Of a DNA stretch of 64,000 bases, positions 1-7,769 are shown piece after piece (positions within the stretch are counted from its first letter, which is position 1; the number at the start of each line of letters is the position of its first letter). The stretch is from an uncultured Lachnospiraceae bacterium (GTDB taxonomy: Bacteria; Bacillota; Clostridia; Lachnospirales; Lachnospiraceae), in assembly GCA_964571145.1 (NCBI GenBank), contig CAZNAP010000003.1:732-64731 (forward strand). The letters are read 5' to 3'. The notes under the pieces were generated by a model. It searched no databases, was not told where the DNA came from, and was given only the letters and a program-made list of their open reading frames with translations. A program made the position numbers and the translations under genes.

Positions 1-1316
1 TAGTGCTTACCCGTAACAGGATGAATACCATCTTTTTGCTCTACAGCATCTTGGAATTCCTGCATTAAGTCCGCAATATAATTCACCTGTTCCATTGATG
101 CATGTACCGGACTCTTCAGCGCATAATGATCTTCCTGATTTGTAACAAACCCGCAAAGTTCCTCTTGGAAACGACTATGCATCTCTCTTTCCAGTAGATA
201 TCCACCGGAAAAGTCTTCTTCCTCATAGCTTATTTCGACCCATTTTCTGGTTCCATCTTCGTTGGTTGCTTGCGGCAACTGGCTCATTTCTTCTGATAAA
301 TAGAGTGCTTTCGCAGTTTTCTCCAAATCAAAAATGTCCACACGTTCACTATCTACCTGAATCTTTTCACACAAGTAGTAATTCCCGTAGTAATTTCCAT
401 TCACATATACATCTACCATCTGCCCCTGTGGCACATAGCTCATGCCCAATTCTACAGCCAGTTCCATAACCAACTGATTTCGCAGTCTGGTCTCATCATA
501 ACCGTTGGCTAAAAGACTGTATTCATCTGCTTGTCCAAAATTTAGTAAATCGACTTTCTTGTCCAATTTGAATTGATAAGGTTTTTTGGCAAGTCCCCAG
601 GTGGAATTGCCTCTTCCTGACAGACTTACCATCTTTTCATCAGAAAGCAGTACCCCGTTTTCATCTAGTAAAACCAGATTTCCAGCTTCTTCATTTCCCT
701 TTACGGCATTAATATAATCCATCGTTCCTGACTCAGTTGTCAGTGTCAGAACCGGCAATTTGGAAGAGCATAAAAAGCTGACAGGTGCTGTCAAAATGAC
801 CTGCTCCTCACTGTCATAAATAGTCAGCTCATAAACCTCTCCCCACTTGATATCCTTAATAGTGTCGCCTTCATGAATTCTATTATTGCCAATTTGAAGG
901 CTACCGGCATTCGTAGACAATGGTCCACCTACATGCTCTGCCTTACTCAGTGTAATCTGTGCATCTTCTGCAAAGCCCGGCAGGAAAAAATAACAATCTC
1001 CCTGATAACTCTGCCACAATGTCACTTCAGTTTGCCCATTAGATGCTGTATTCGTCGCACTTTGAACTGTCAGTGCAACCTCCGAAATTTCTTTGCCAAT
1101 TCTTTGGGCTTCCGGTACACCGGTAGTAATCTGGGCTCTTTCTCCTACCACCTCTTCAGTGGAATCCAACGGCACCGTTACTTCCTGTGCCAGAGACACG
1201 TCCTGCTTCCGACGTTCTCTCAGCATATCCCGAACCGGTTTATAATAAAACAAGGCAGTAAGTAACACAGTGCCTACAATTGCCAGTATTGTAAATATTT
1301 TTCTTAATTTGTCCAT
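1..1316 (-). CDS. CotH kinase family protein (3' end outside window), N-terminal membrane anchor
   Basis: Not in the ORF track because it runs off the window edge. Translated by hand from ATG at 1316 (AAGGA upstream): MDKLRKIFTILAIVGTVLLTALFYY...SGRGNSTWGLAKKPYQFKL...LLANGYDETRLRN...VDVYVNGNYYGNYYLCEKI. RGNSTW/KKPY and YxGxYxLxE are CotH-family motifs. Confidence 0.8.
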   Translation of the reverse strand, partial: MDKLRKIFTILAIVGTVLLTALFYYKPVRDMLRERRKQDVSLAQEVTVPLDSTEEVVGERAQITTGVPEAQRIGKEISEVALTVQSATNTASNGQTEVTLWQSYQGDCYFFLPGFAEDAQITLSKAEHVGGPLSTNAGSLQIGNNRIHEGDTIKDIKWGEVYELTIYDSEEQVILTAPVSFLCSSKLPVLTLTTESGTMDYINAVKGNEEAGNLVLLDENGVLLSDEKMVSLSGRGNSTWGLAKKPYQFKLDKKVDLLNFGQADEYSLLANGYDETRLRNQLVMELAVELGMSYVPQGQMVDVYVNGNYYGNYYLCEKIQVDSERVDIFDLEKTAKALYLSEEMSQLPQATNEDGTRKWVEISYEEEDFSGGYLLEREMHSRFQEELCGFVTNQEDHYALKSPVHASMEQVNYIADLMQEFQDAVEQKDGIHPVTGKH

Positions 1317-1416
1317 ATGACTTTATTTATTCCTTTTAGAATTTATTCGATTTGCATTCGTCATGTATCCACTTTGCATATGGTCTATCTTATCATAGGT
1401 TTTTGCCTAAATGCAA

Positions 1417-1445
1417 TGGAAATGGCATGGAAGATAGTGTATAAT
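1417..1445 (+). promoter_or_regulatory. Candidate sigma-A promoter upstream of array 1 and pseF
   Basis: TGGAAA (1417-1422), 17 bp spacer, perfect TATAAT (1440-1445). Confidence 0.45.
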
Positions 1446-1545
1446 AGGAGAGTACATTAAATAGACAATTCCAAGTATCGACTGTTGAACAGTATTTGAA
1501 TCCCAAGTGACTATGAAAAGTAGTTGTATAGTAAAATACAGGTAT

Positions 1546-1890
1546 TGTAGCCTTAATAACATTTTTCTAATCTAGGCTACTTGAAATCTTAATAAATTAC
1601 GATAAAAAGAGCCCATTTTGCTTTTTCTCTATGCAGGCTATATCAAATTTTCGCCAATTACTTCAAAGTATAGCCCAAAAACTACAAAGAAAGTATAGGC
1701 TATAAAGAACTGAAACAAAGTGCTAATAATATGTAGCCCCAACTCATGAACTCAAGCGCAGGCTATAATCTCAGAAAAAAATGAAAAATATTTGTAGCCC
1801 AAACTTATGAAATTTAACACAGGCTATAATCCCAAGAAAAAAGTACAAAATAATTCAGCCTAAAATCATGAAATAAATGAATAGGCTATA
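1546..1890. repeat. Array 1: six inverted-repeat units TAGCC-N22-GGCTA, period 61-63 bp
   Basis: Left arms at 1548, 1609 (GAGCC), 1671, 1734, 1795 and 1856 (CAGCC). Right arms GGCTA at 1575, 1636, 1698, 1761, 1822 and 1884. Inner length 22,22,22,22,22,23; linkers 29,30,31,29,29. Confidence 0.9.
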
Positions 1891-1938
1891 AAAATGGATA
1901 ATGAAACTGACTAGGCATCACATAACTGGGGAGGCTTT

Positions 1939-2637
1939 ATGGCAAAGAAGAATTTAGCAATGATTACAGCCCGGGGAGGCAGCAAGCGTATTCCGCGAAA
2001 AAACATCAAGGAATTTTGTGGCAAACCCATCATTTGTTACTCTATTGAAGCAGCACTTGCTTCAGGGGTTTTTGATGAAGTCATGGTTTCCACCGACGAT
2101 CCTGAAATAGCAGAAGTGGCACGTAGGGACGGGGGTAATGTTCCATTTTTGCGTTCTGCCGAAACAGCAGGCGATTATGCCTCTACCGATGATGTCATTA
2201 TGGAAGTATTGAAAGCTTATGAGCAACAAGGCAAAGTTTTTGACGCTTTTTGCTGTATTTATCCCACTGCACCGTTTGTTACCGGGCAGCGACTAAAGGA
2301 AGCCATGGATTTACTGAGTGAAGCAGATTCTGTTATGCCTGTTATCCCCTTTTCCTATCCGCCGCAAAGAGGGCTAGTTATCAGAGAAAATGGATTTCTC
2401 GACAGGCAGTATCCGGAATATGCTCAGGCAAGAAGTCAGGATTTAGCACGTATTTATCACGATTGCGGTCAATTTTATGCCTGTAAAACAGCTGCCTTCT
2501 TAAGTGCCGGCACAACTGATGTGGACAAACTGCTTCCACTTGTTTTATCCGAAATGGAAGTACAGGATATCGATACGCAGGAAGACTGGGAACTGGCAGA
2601 ACTGAAATATATGAAAATGATCAAAAACACAAGATAG
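1939..2637 (+). CDS. pseF: Pseudaminic acid cytidylyltransferase (CMP-nonulosonate synthetase)
   Basis: ARGGSKRIPRKNIK, CCIYPTAPF and DIDTQEDW motifs; GGAGG RBS; adjacent to pseI. Confidence 0.85.
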   Translation: MAKKNLAMITARGGSKRIPRKNIKEFCGKPIICYSIEAALASGVFDEVMVSTDDPEIAEVARRDGGNVPFLRSAETAGDYASTDDVIMEVLKAYEQQGKVFDAFCCIYPTAPFVTGQRLKEAMDLLSEADSVMPVIPFSYPPQRGLVIRENGFLDRQYPEYAQARSQDLARIYHDCGQFYACKTAAFLSAGTTDVDKLLPLVLSEMEVQDIDTQEDWELAELKYMKMIKNTR

Positions 2638-2651
2638 GGAGAGAGTTTGAG

Positions 2652-3704
2652 ATGAATAAAGAATTCAAAATCGGAAATCGCACCATCGGAGCTGATTCTC
2701 CCGCTTTTATAGTGGCTGAAATTTCCGGTAATCACAATCAAGATTATAATCGCGCCGTGGAAATTATACACGCTGCCGCACAGGCCGGTGCCGATGCTGT
2801 CAAATTGCAGACTTATACAGCCGATTCCATTACCATTGACTGCGATGACGAGTGTTTTCAGCTAAACAGCGGTTCAATCTGGGATGGACAAACCATGTAC
2901 CAATTGTATCAGTCGGCTTACACGCCTTGGGAATGGCAGCCGAAGCTGATGGAAGAAGCAAATCGTCTTGGAATGGAATGCTTTTCCTCGCCTTTTGATT
3001 TCACCTCAGTTGACTTCTTAGAAAAAATGCATGTACCTGCTTATAAAATTGCATCCTACGAAATTACCGACCTTCCATTGATTCGCAAAGTAGCACGGCT
3101 TCATAAGCCTATCATTTTCGCTACAGGGGTTGCCTATCCTGAAGATATTGAACGGGCAATGAATGTCTGTAAGGAAGAAGGAAACGAAGATGTGATTCTT
3201 TTAAAATGTGTTTCCGCCTATCCCACACCATACGAAGCTGTAAACCTGCGTGTCATTCCTACTTTAGGCAAGACCTACGACTGCCTCATGGGACTGTCCG
3301 ATCACACCATGGGCACCATTGTATCAGCAGGTGCAATTCCTATGGGTGCACGTATGATTGAAAAGCATTTGACGCTTCGCCGTTCTGACGGTGGCCCGGA
3401 TAGTGCCTTCTCCATGGAGCCGGAGGAATTCGCGCAAATGGTTAAGGATATCCGTATTTTGGAAAAAGCAATGGGAAGCGCAAAATATAAACTAACTGAA
3501 ACACAGAAAATCGAGCATCAGGAATCTCGCTCTTTATTTGTGGTAAAAGATATTCAGTCGGGCGAAGTTTTGACCTCTGAAAATATACGTTCTATTCGTC
3601 CGGGCAATGGTCTTCATCCGATGCATTATGAAGAAATTCTCGGCAAAAAAGCAATCCGTTCACTCAAGAAAGGAACTCCTCTCGCATGGGAACTGATAGA
3701 ATAA
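2652..3704 (+). CDS. pseI: Pseudaminic acid synthase (NeuB family)
   Basis: AEISGNHNQ, KLQTYTAD, AYTPWEW, SDHTMG and EKH motifs; C-terminal SAF domain (RSIRPGNGL). Confidence 0.9.
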   Translation: MNKEFKIGNRTIGADSPAFIVAEISGNHNQDYNRAVEIIHAAAQAGADAVKLQTYTADSITIDCDDECFQLNSGSIWDGQTMYQLYQSAYTPWEWQPKLMEEANRLGMECFSSPFDFTSVDFLEKMHVPAYKIASYEITDLPLIRKVARLHKPIIFATGVAYPEDIERAMNVCKEEGNEDVILLKCVSAYPTPYEAVNLRVIPTLGKTYDCLMGLSDHTMGTIVSAGAIPMGARMIEKHLTLRRSDGGPDSAFSMEPEEFAQMVKDIRILEKAMGSAKYKLTETQKIEHQESRSLFVVKDIQSGEVLTSENIRSIRPGNGLHPMHYEEILGKKAIRSLKKGTPLAWELIE

Positions 3705-4957
3705 GTAGAACTGATTCAATTATAGAAACTAATAGAATAGTTGAAACTGATAGAATAATTTATTTTAGAGCAGACGGTAATTCAGAAATTGCTACCGGTC
3801 ATATCATGAGGTGTCTGTCGATTGCAAGAGCCTGCTTAGCAATGAACAAAACCTGTTTGGCGAACAGTAAAGCTGTTTCTGTTTGTTTTTTGGTTTCTGA
3901 TACAGAAAGCAAATCTCTTTTACTTGATTTACTTGAGGAAAACGAGCCTATATCGGTCGCTATTTTAGAAGAAGCCGATTACAGCAACTGCGAAAAGGAA
4001 CTACCTGCACTTATTGACTATTTATGCGAACATAGTGGATACATAAACAAACATAATGCTGATTTAAGCAAACATCATATCAACTCAAGCGAATCGATTG
4101 AATCATCAGATTGCAAGCCTGTCTTTTTCTTAGATTCTTATTTTATTACGGCTCATTATCTGAAGGAAATCTCTGCTTATGCAAAGATTGTTTATTTAGA
4201 TGATCTGCGTGCATTTGATTACCCAGTGGATTTGGTCATTAACTATGATGTAATTTCCAAAGAGCTGTTGCCCGAATACGAAGCAAGCTATTCTAAGGCT
4301 AAGCAAAAACTCTTGGGTTCCAAATATACCCCGTTACGCACTCAATTTAAAGAGCGGCCTCTGTGGTGGGAGCAGCTTGAAAAAGATTTTGTGCCCTTAC
4401 CTGAAAACTATGCCTTGAAGTTGTTTATTGCAACAGGGGGGTCTGACCCCTATTGTACCACTTTGCATTTACTGACGCATTTATTGGAGCAGCAGGAAAA
4501 GCAGACTGACAAGGAAATCAATTTCCCAATAGAATGTCACGTTGTAATTGGCAGAATGAATGCAGACAAAAAAGAAATTCAGAAGCTAAGCAAAACTCAT
4601 TTGAATTTGTTTTTATATGAAAAAGTAACTGATATTGCCAATCTGATGATTCACTGCGATTTGGCCCTATCCGCCGCTGGAACCACGCTTTATGAGCTCT
4701 GTGCATTGGGCGTTCCCACTGCCAGCTTCGTTCTGGCCGATAACCAGATTGCCGGTGCAAAGGCATTTGATCAGGCAGGTGCCATTCCTTTTCTTGGGGA
4801 TGTCCGCACGGATGAGAAAGCAGTTTTGAATGCAGGAAAAGACTTTATACTGTCAATGCAGGATTTTAAGACACGTAAAAAAGCTACCGAACAAATGCGG
4901 CAGCTTGTAGATGGATATGGAGCGGAGAGAATTGCAACAGCGATACTAGCGTTGTAG
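3686..4957 (+). CDS. pseG: PseG/SpsG-like UDP-2,4-diacetamido-2,4,6-trideoxy-altropyranose hydrolase
   Basis: FRADGNSEIATGHIMRCLSIA, GGSD, SAAGTTLYEL, ADNQ and VDGYGAERI motifs; follows pseI; the start position is uncertain because of an N-terminal tandem repeat. Confidence 0.75.
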   Translation: MGTDRISRTDSIIETNRIVETDRIIYFRADGNSEIATGHIMRCLSIARACLAMNKTCLANSKAVSVCFLVSDTESKSLLLDLLEENEPISVAILEEADYSNCEKELPALIDYLCEHSGYINKHNADLSKHHINSSESIESSDCKPVFFLDSYFITAHYLKEISAYAKIVYLDDLRAFDYPVDLVINYDVISKELLPEYEASYSKAKQKLLGSKYTPLRTQFKERPLWWEQLEKDFVPLPENYALKLFIATGGSDPYCTTLHLLTHLLEQQEKQTDKEINFPIECHVVIGRMNADKKEIQKLSKTHLNLFLYEKVTDIANLMIHCDLALSAAGTTLYELCALGVPTASFVLADNQIAGAKAFDQAGAIPFLGDVRTDEKAVLNAGKDFILSMQDFKTRKKATEQMRQLVDGYGAERIATAILAL

Positions 4958-5018
4958 ACAAAGTCTGACCGCAAAAGATTATCAGAATATTTATTCACAA
5001 TCTATCAGTTTTTGAGCC

Positions 5019-6056
5019 CTAGTCTTTCTCTTTCACCAGCACATCTGAATATTTCAAAACATAAAGTTCTTTGTATTTGCGTTCTAAGCAAACTTCATTG
5101 GTTATACCGGCAACATTGTTGGCGATATATTGGGGGACATCCAATCCGCAGGCATAAGCGTGAGGGAAGCCACCGCCAAATCTGGGATTAATCTCTGAAA
5201 TATAAAAGTTCCCGTCTTTTTCAAAAATATCCATATCAATAGGACCGGATAGCTCTAGCGTTTTCAGCGTGCGTGCTACAAGGCTGGTGAGTTCCGAATT
5301 GTTGATTGTCACTGACTTCTCAGTTTCACCGGCACGCATGCGTATCTTTTCCTTGATAAAAATATGAGTCACCTGATGACTAAGCAAATCTACATAGCAG
5401 TCCGCACCATATTCTCGGCCTTCGCAATATTCTTGAATCAGTAACGGTGTATCGCTATTTTTACACAGAACCTCCAGCACTGCCATACAAGGCACTTTCA
5501 TGGCGCCAATACTGCCACAGCCTCTAATTGGCTTCACAAACACAGGAAAAGCAACTTTCTGTTCTTGGTAATCACGGCAAAAAGAATCGAAGGTTTCATA
5601 GGTTGCAAGTGCGGGTATCTGGTTTTTCTTTAAATGGCAATAAAACTTGAATTTGTCGCGGCAAATTTCCAATGCACAGGCTTCGGATACAATTGCCGAA
5701 ACGCCTTTTTCCTGAAATGCCTGTTTATTATTCGAAACAAGTGTTAGTTCATCTTCCTGCAAAGGCAACACCGCATCTATTTGATTCTGCTCACATATGG
5801 AAAAAATAGTGGGTAAGTAATCGGGCGAATCCATTCTGGGCACAATATAAAATTGATCTGCTTCATATAAAGCCGGTGCCAAAGGACTGCAATCCGTTAC
5901 CACAACTTGTCCAATGGAAGATTTCTCACAAGTATCTTTAGTGCAAACAACTTGTCCACTTACAGAATTATCCCCGGAAGCTTGCTTTGATACAGTATTC
6001 TTAAAATAACGCACCAACAAATTTCGTGTGCCACAACTCAATATCAATAAATTCAT
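5019..6056 (-). CDS. ATP-grasp domain protein (carbamoyl-phosphate-synthase-like ligase of glycan loci)
   Basis: MNLLILSCGTR start with GAAAGGG RBS; DCSPLAPALYEAD, FVKPIRGCGS, EINPRFGGG motifs. Confidence 0.75.
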   Translation of the reverse strand: MNLLILSCGTRNLLVRYFKNTVSKQASGDNSVSGQVVCTKDTCEKSSIGQVVVTDCSPLAPALYEADQFYIVPRMDSPDYLPTIFSICEQNQIDAVLPLQEDELTLVSNNKQAFQEKGVSAIVSEACALEICRDKFKFYCHLKKNQIPALATYETFDSFCRDYQEQKVAFPVFVKPIRGCGSIGAMKVPCMAVLEVLCKNSDTPLLIQEYCEGREYGADCYVDLLSHQVTHIFIKEKIRMRAGETEKSVTINNSELTSLVARTLKTLELSGPIDMDIFEKDGNFYISEINPRFGGGFPHAYACGLDVPQYIANNVAGITNEVCLERKYKELYVLKYSDVLVKEKD

Positions 6057-6143
6057 GAAACAACCCTTTCTAGTCATTCGATGCTTATTCGAACACATTC
6101 AAGTTATCATTCGTTCTCAGTTTTCAAGTTTTCATTTAGTGAG

Positions 6144-6377
6144 TTTGGGCAACAGCGACCGTTTGGCTCCCGTTATACCCAAACGTAGCTGTACAATATT
6201 TCAATATAAACTGCTTTGGGCACAGCAGCTAAAAACTTGCTTGTACTGCCCACACTATGAGGAAAACCATGGGCATACTGACAGCAAAACACGCCTCTAT
6301 GCCCAATGCTACTTTTGGAGCAAAACCTGCAAATTGCTTTGGGTATTTGAAGCAAAAATACGACTAAATAACCCAAA
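6144..6377. repeat. Array 2: four inverted-repeat units TGGGCA-N24-TGCCCA
   Basis: Left arms at 6146, 6217, 6270 and 6340 (TGGGTA). Right arms at 6176 (TACCCA), 6247, 6300 and 6370 (AACCCA). Inner length is exactly 24 in all four; periods 71, 53, 70. Confidence 0.85.
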
Positions 6378-6392
6378 ACAAACTACCGTCTA

Positions 6393-6500
6393 AACTCAAC
6401 TCAAATAATATACTTGTCCTAACTCAACCTACACAATATACTTACCTGACGCAAACCGCCTACTTCAACCTACATAATATATATCTACATAATATACTTG
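6393..6500. repeat. Degenerate direct repeats (CAACCTACATAATATACTT-like)
   Basis: Core AATATACTT at 6407, 6435 and 6491, and AATATATAT at 6476, each preceded by CTCAAC/CTACA variants. Confidence 0.65.
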
Positions 6501-6510
6501 CTCAATATTC

Positions 6511-7704
6511 TTACCAAATGCAGTTCTGCACGTATTCTTTGGCAGTCCACTTGCGACGCACTTCCATGTATCCGGCTTCATTTTTCACATAAACACTGGG
6601 AAAATACTGGATAAAAAGAGGATTCAGGCAAATGGTGTAGCCACCCACATTTTCATAAATAATCTGGTCTCCTTGAATCAGTTCCTCGCTGTTTTCCATG
6701 GTGAATAGGCGGTCACATTCCATACAGGTAAAGCCGGTTACTTCCTGTTTGTCCATAATTCTTCTTTTTCCTACATCCTGCAGCTCTTTATGGTATAAAT
6801 AAGATGATTTAATCATCGTTGCGTCAATATTAAAACGACTGCCATCGGTAATCAGATAACGAGTATCCTGAATATCCCGCACATCAATAACACTGGTCAC
6901 AAAACTGGACGCCTTGGAAATCAGAGAAATACCGGGCTCCACAATTAACATTGTTTTGTCCCTATCGAATTCCTTTTCCAATTCTTCGGCGATTACGGGA
7001 AAATAATCCGGGAATTCCGGTCGACCTTCCATGCCTCCGCAATATCCGCCGCCTAAGTCCACATAATCCAGTTCCAACTTAAATTCTCTTTTCAACTGGC
7101 AAGCCATTTTGGCAATACTTCTGAAAATTTCAACGCTTCTGCTTTTACTGCTGGAATGCAGATGCAAGCCCTTCACCGATACATTTGGAATACCGGAAAT
7201 CATTCCCAGTGCACTCCGAAAACTTCCGTTTTCATAGGAAAATCCAAAGCGTCCACCGGTTTCACCCATAGTCGTTTCACCGGGACACATTTCTTCTAAA
7301 TTAAAGTTCACACGAATCCCAACGCCAAATTTTCGTTCCTGATTCTTTTGACTCAGATTAAGGAGCCAAGACAATTCCTGTTTAGAATCAATATTTACAA
7401 TTCCGCCTGCCAGCATTACATCATTGAAAGAAGTTTCGTCTTTATAGGGGCCGTTGTAAATAATTTCATCGTCCCAAAATCCCAGATGCTTGGCCAGACC
7501 ATACTCATCCTTGGATACAACCTCCGCAAACACACCCTGCTTCTTATAAAATTGAACAAGCCAGGGAAGTGAATTTGTTTTAAAAGAATAACCAATTTGA
7601 TAGTGATTCCAGTTTTCCTTTAACGAAGTGGTGAGCATGTCAAAATACTTCTGTAAAATATCCTCATCCAGCAAAAAGTACGGGGTAGGTAATTGAGTGC
7701 TCAT
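6511..7704 (-). CDS. PLP-dependent decarboxylase, fold type III (diaminopimelate-decarboxylase-like)
   Basis: YSFKTN (PLP lysine), AEVVS, GLHLH, DLGGG, EPG and TGFTCMECD motifs; start MSTQLP has a GGAAGGAGG RBS. Confidence 0.8.
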   Translation of the reverse strand: MSTQLPTPYFLLDEDILQKYFDMLTTSLKENWNHYQIGYSFKTNSLPWLVQFYKKQGVFAEVVSKDEYGLAKHLGFWDDEIIYNGPYKDETSFNDVMLAGGIVNIDSKQELSWLLNLSQKNQERKFGVGIRVNFNLEEMCPGETTMGETGGRFGFSYENGSFRSALGMISGIPNVSVKGLHLHSSSKSRSVEIFRSIAKMACQLKREFKLELDYVDLGGGYCGGMEGRPEFPDYFPVIAEELEKEFDRDKTMLIVEPGISLISKASSFVTSVIDVRDIQDTRYLITDGSRFNIDATMIKSSYLYHKELQDVGKRRIMDKQEVTGFTCMECDRLFTMENSEELIQGDQIIYENVGGYTICLNPLFIQYFPSVYVKNEAGYMEVRRKWTAKEYVQNCIW

Positions 7705-7769
7705 ATAATCCTCCTTCCAGGTGAATATGCAAATTGTCTGCATCATCAAATTCTAATTTCAGTTGCTAT

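Noticed and set aside
266-1265. Plus-strand ORFs 266..469 and 873..1265
   Set aside because: Antisense shadows of the CotH-family gene on the minus strand.
1357-1363. 0A-box-like TGACGAA (minus strand) in the cotH leader
   Set aside because: A single 7-mer with one degenerate position is too weak to call.
1546-6377. Arrays 1 and 2 as canonical CRISPR arrays
   Set aside because: Conserved parts are only 5-8 bp inverted arms, there is no 23-47 bp identical direct repeat, and no cas genes are in the window.
6028-6393. ORFs 6028..6393 (+) and 6173..6376 (-) spanning array 2
   Set aside because: No RBS, no recognisable domain, and array periods (71, 53, 70) do not preserve frame.
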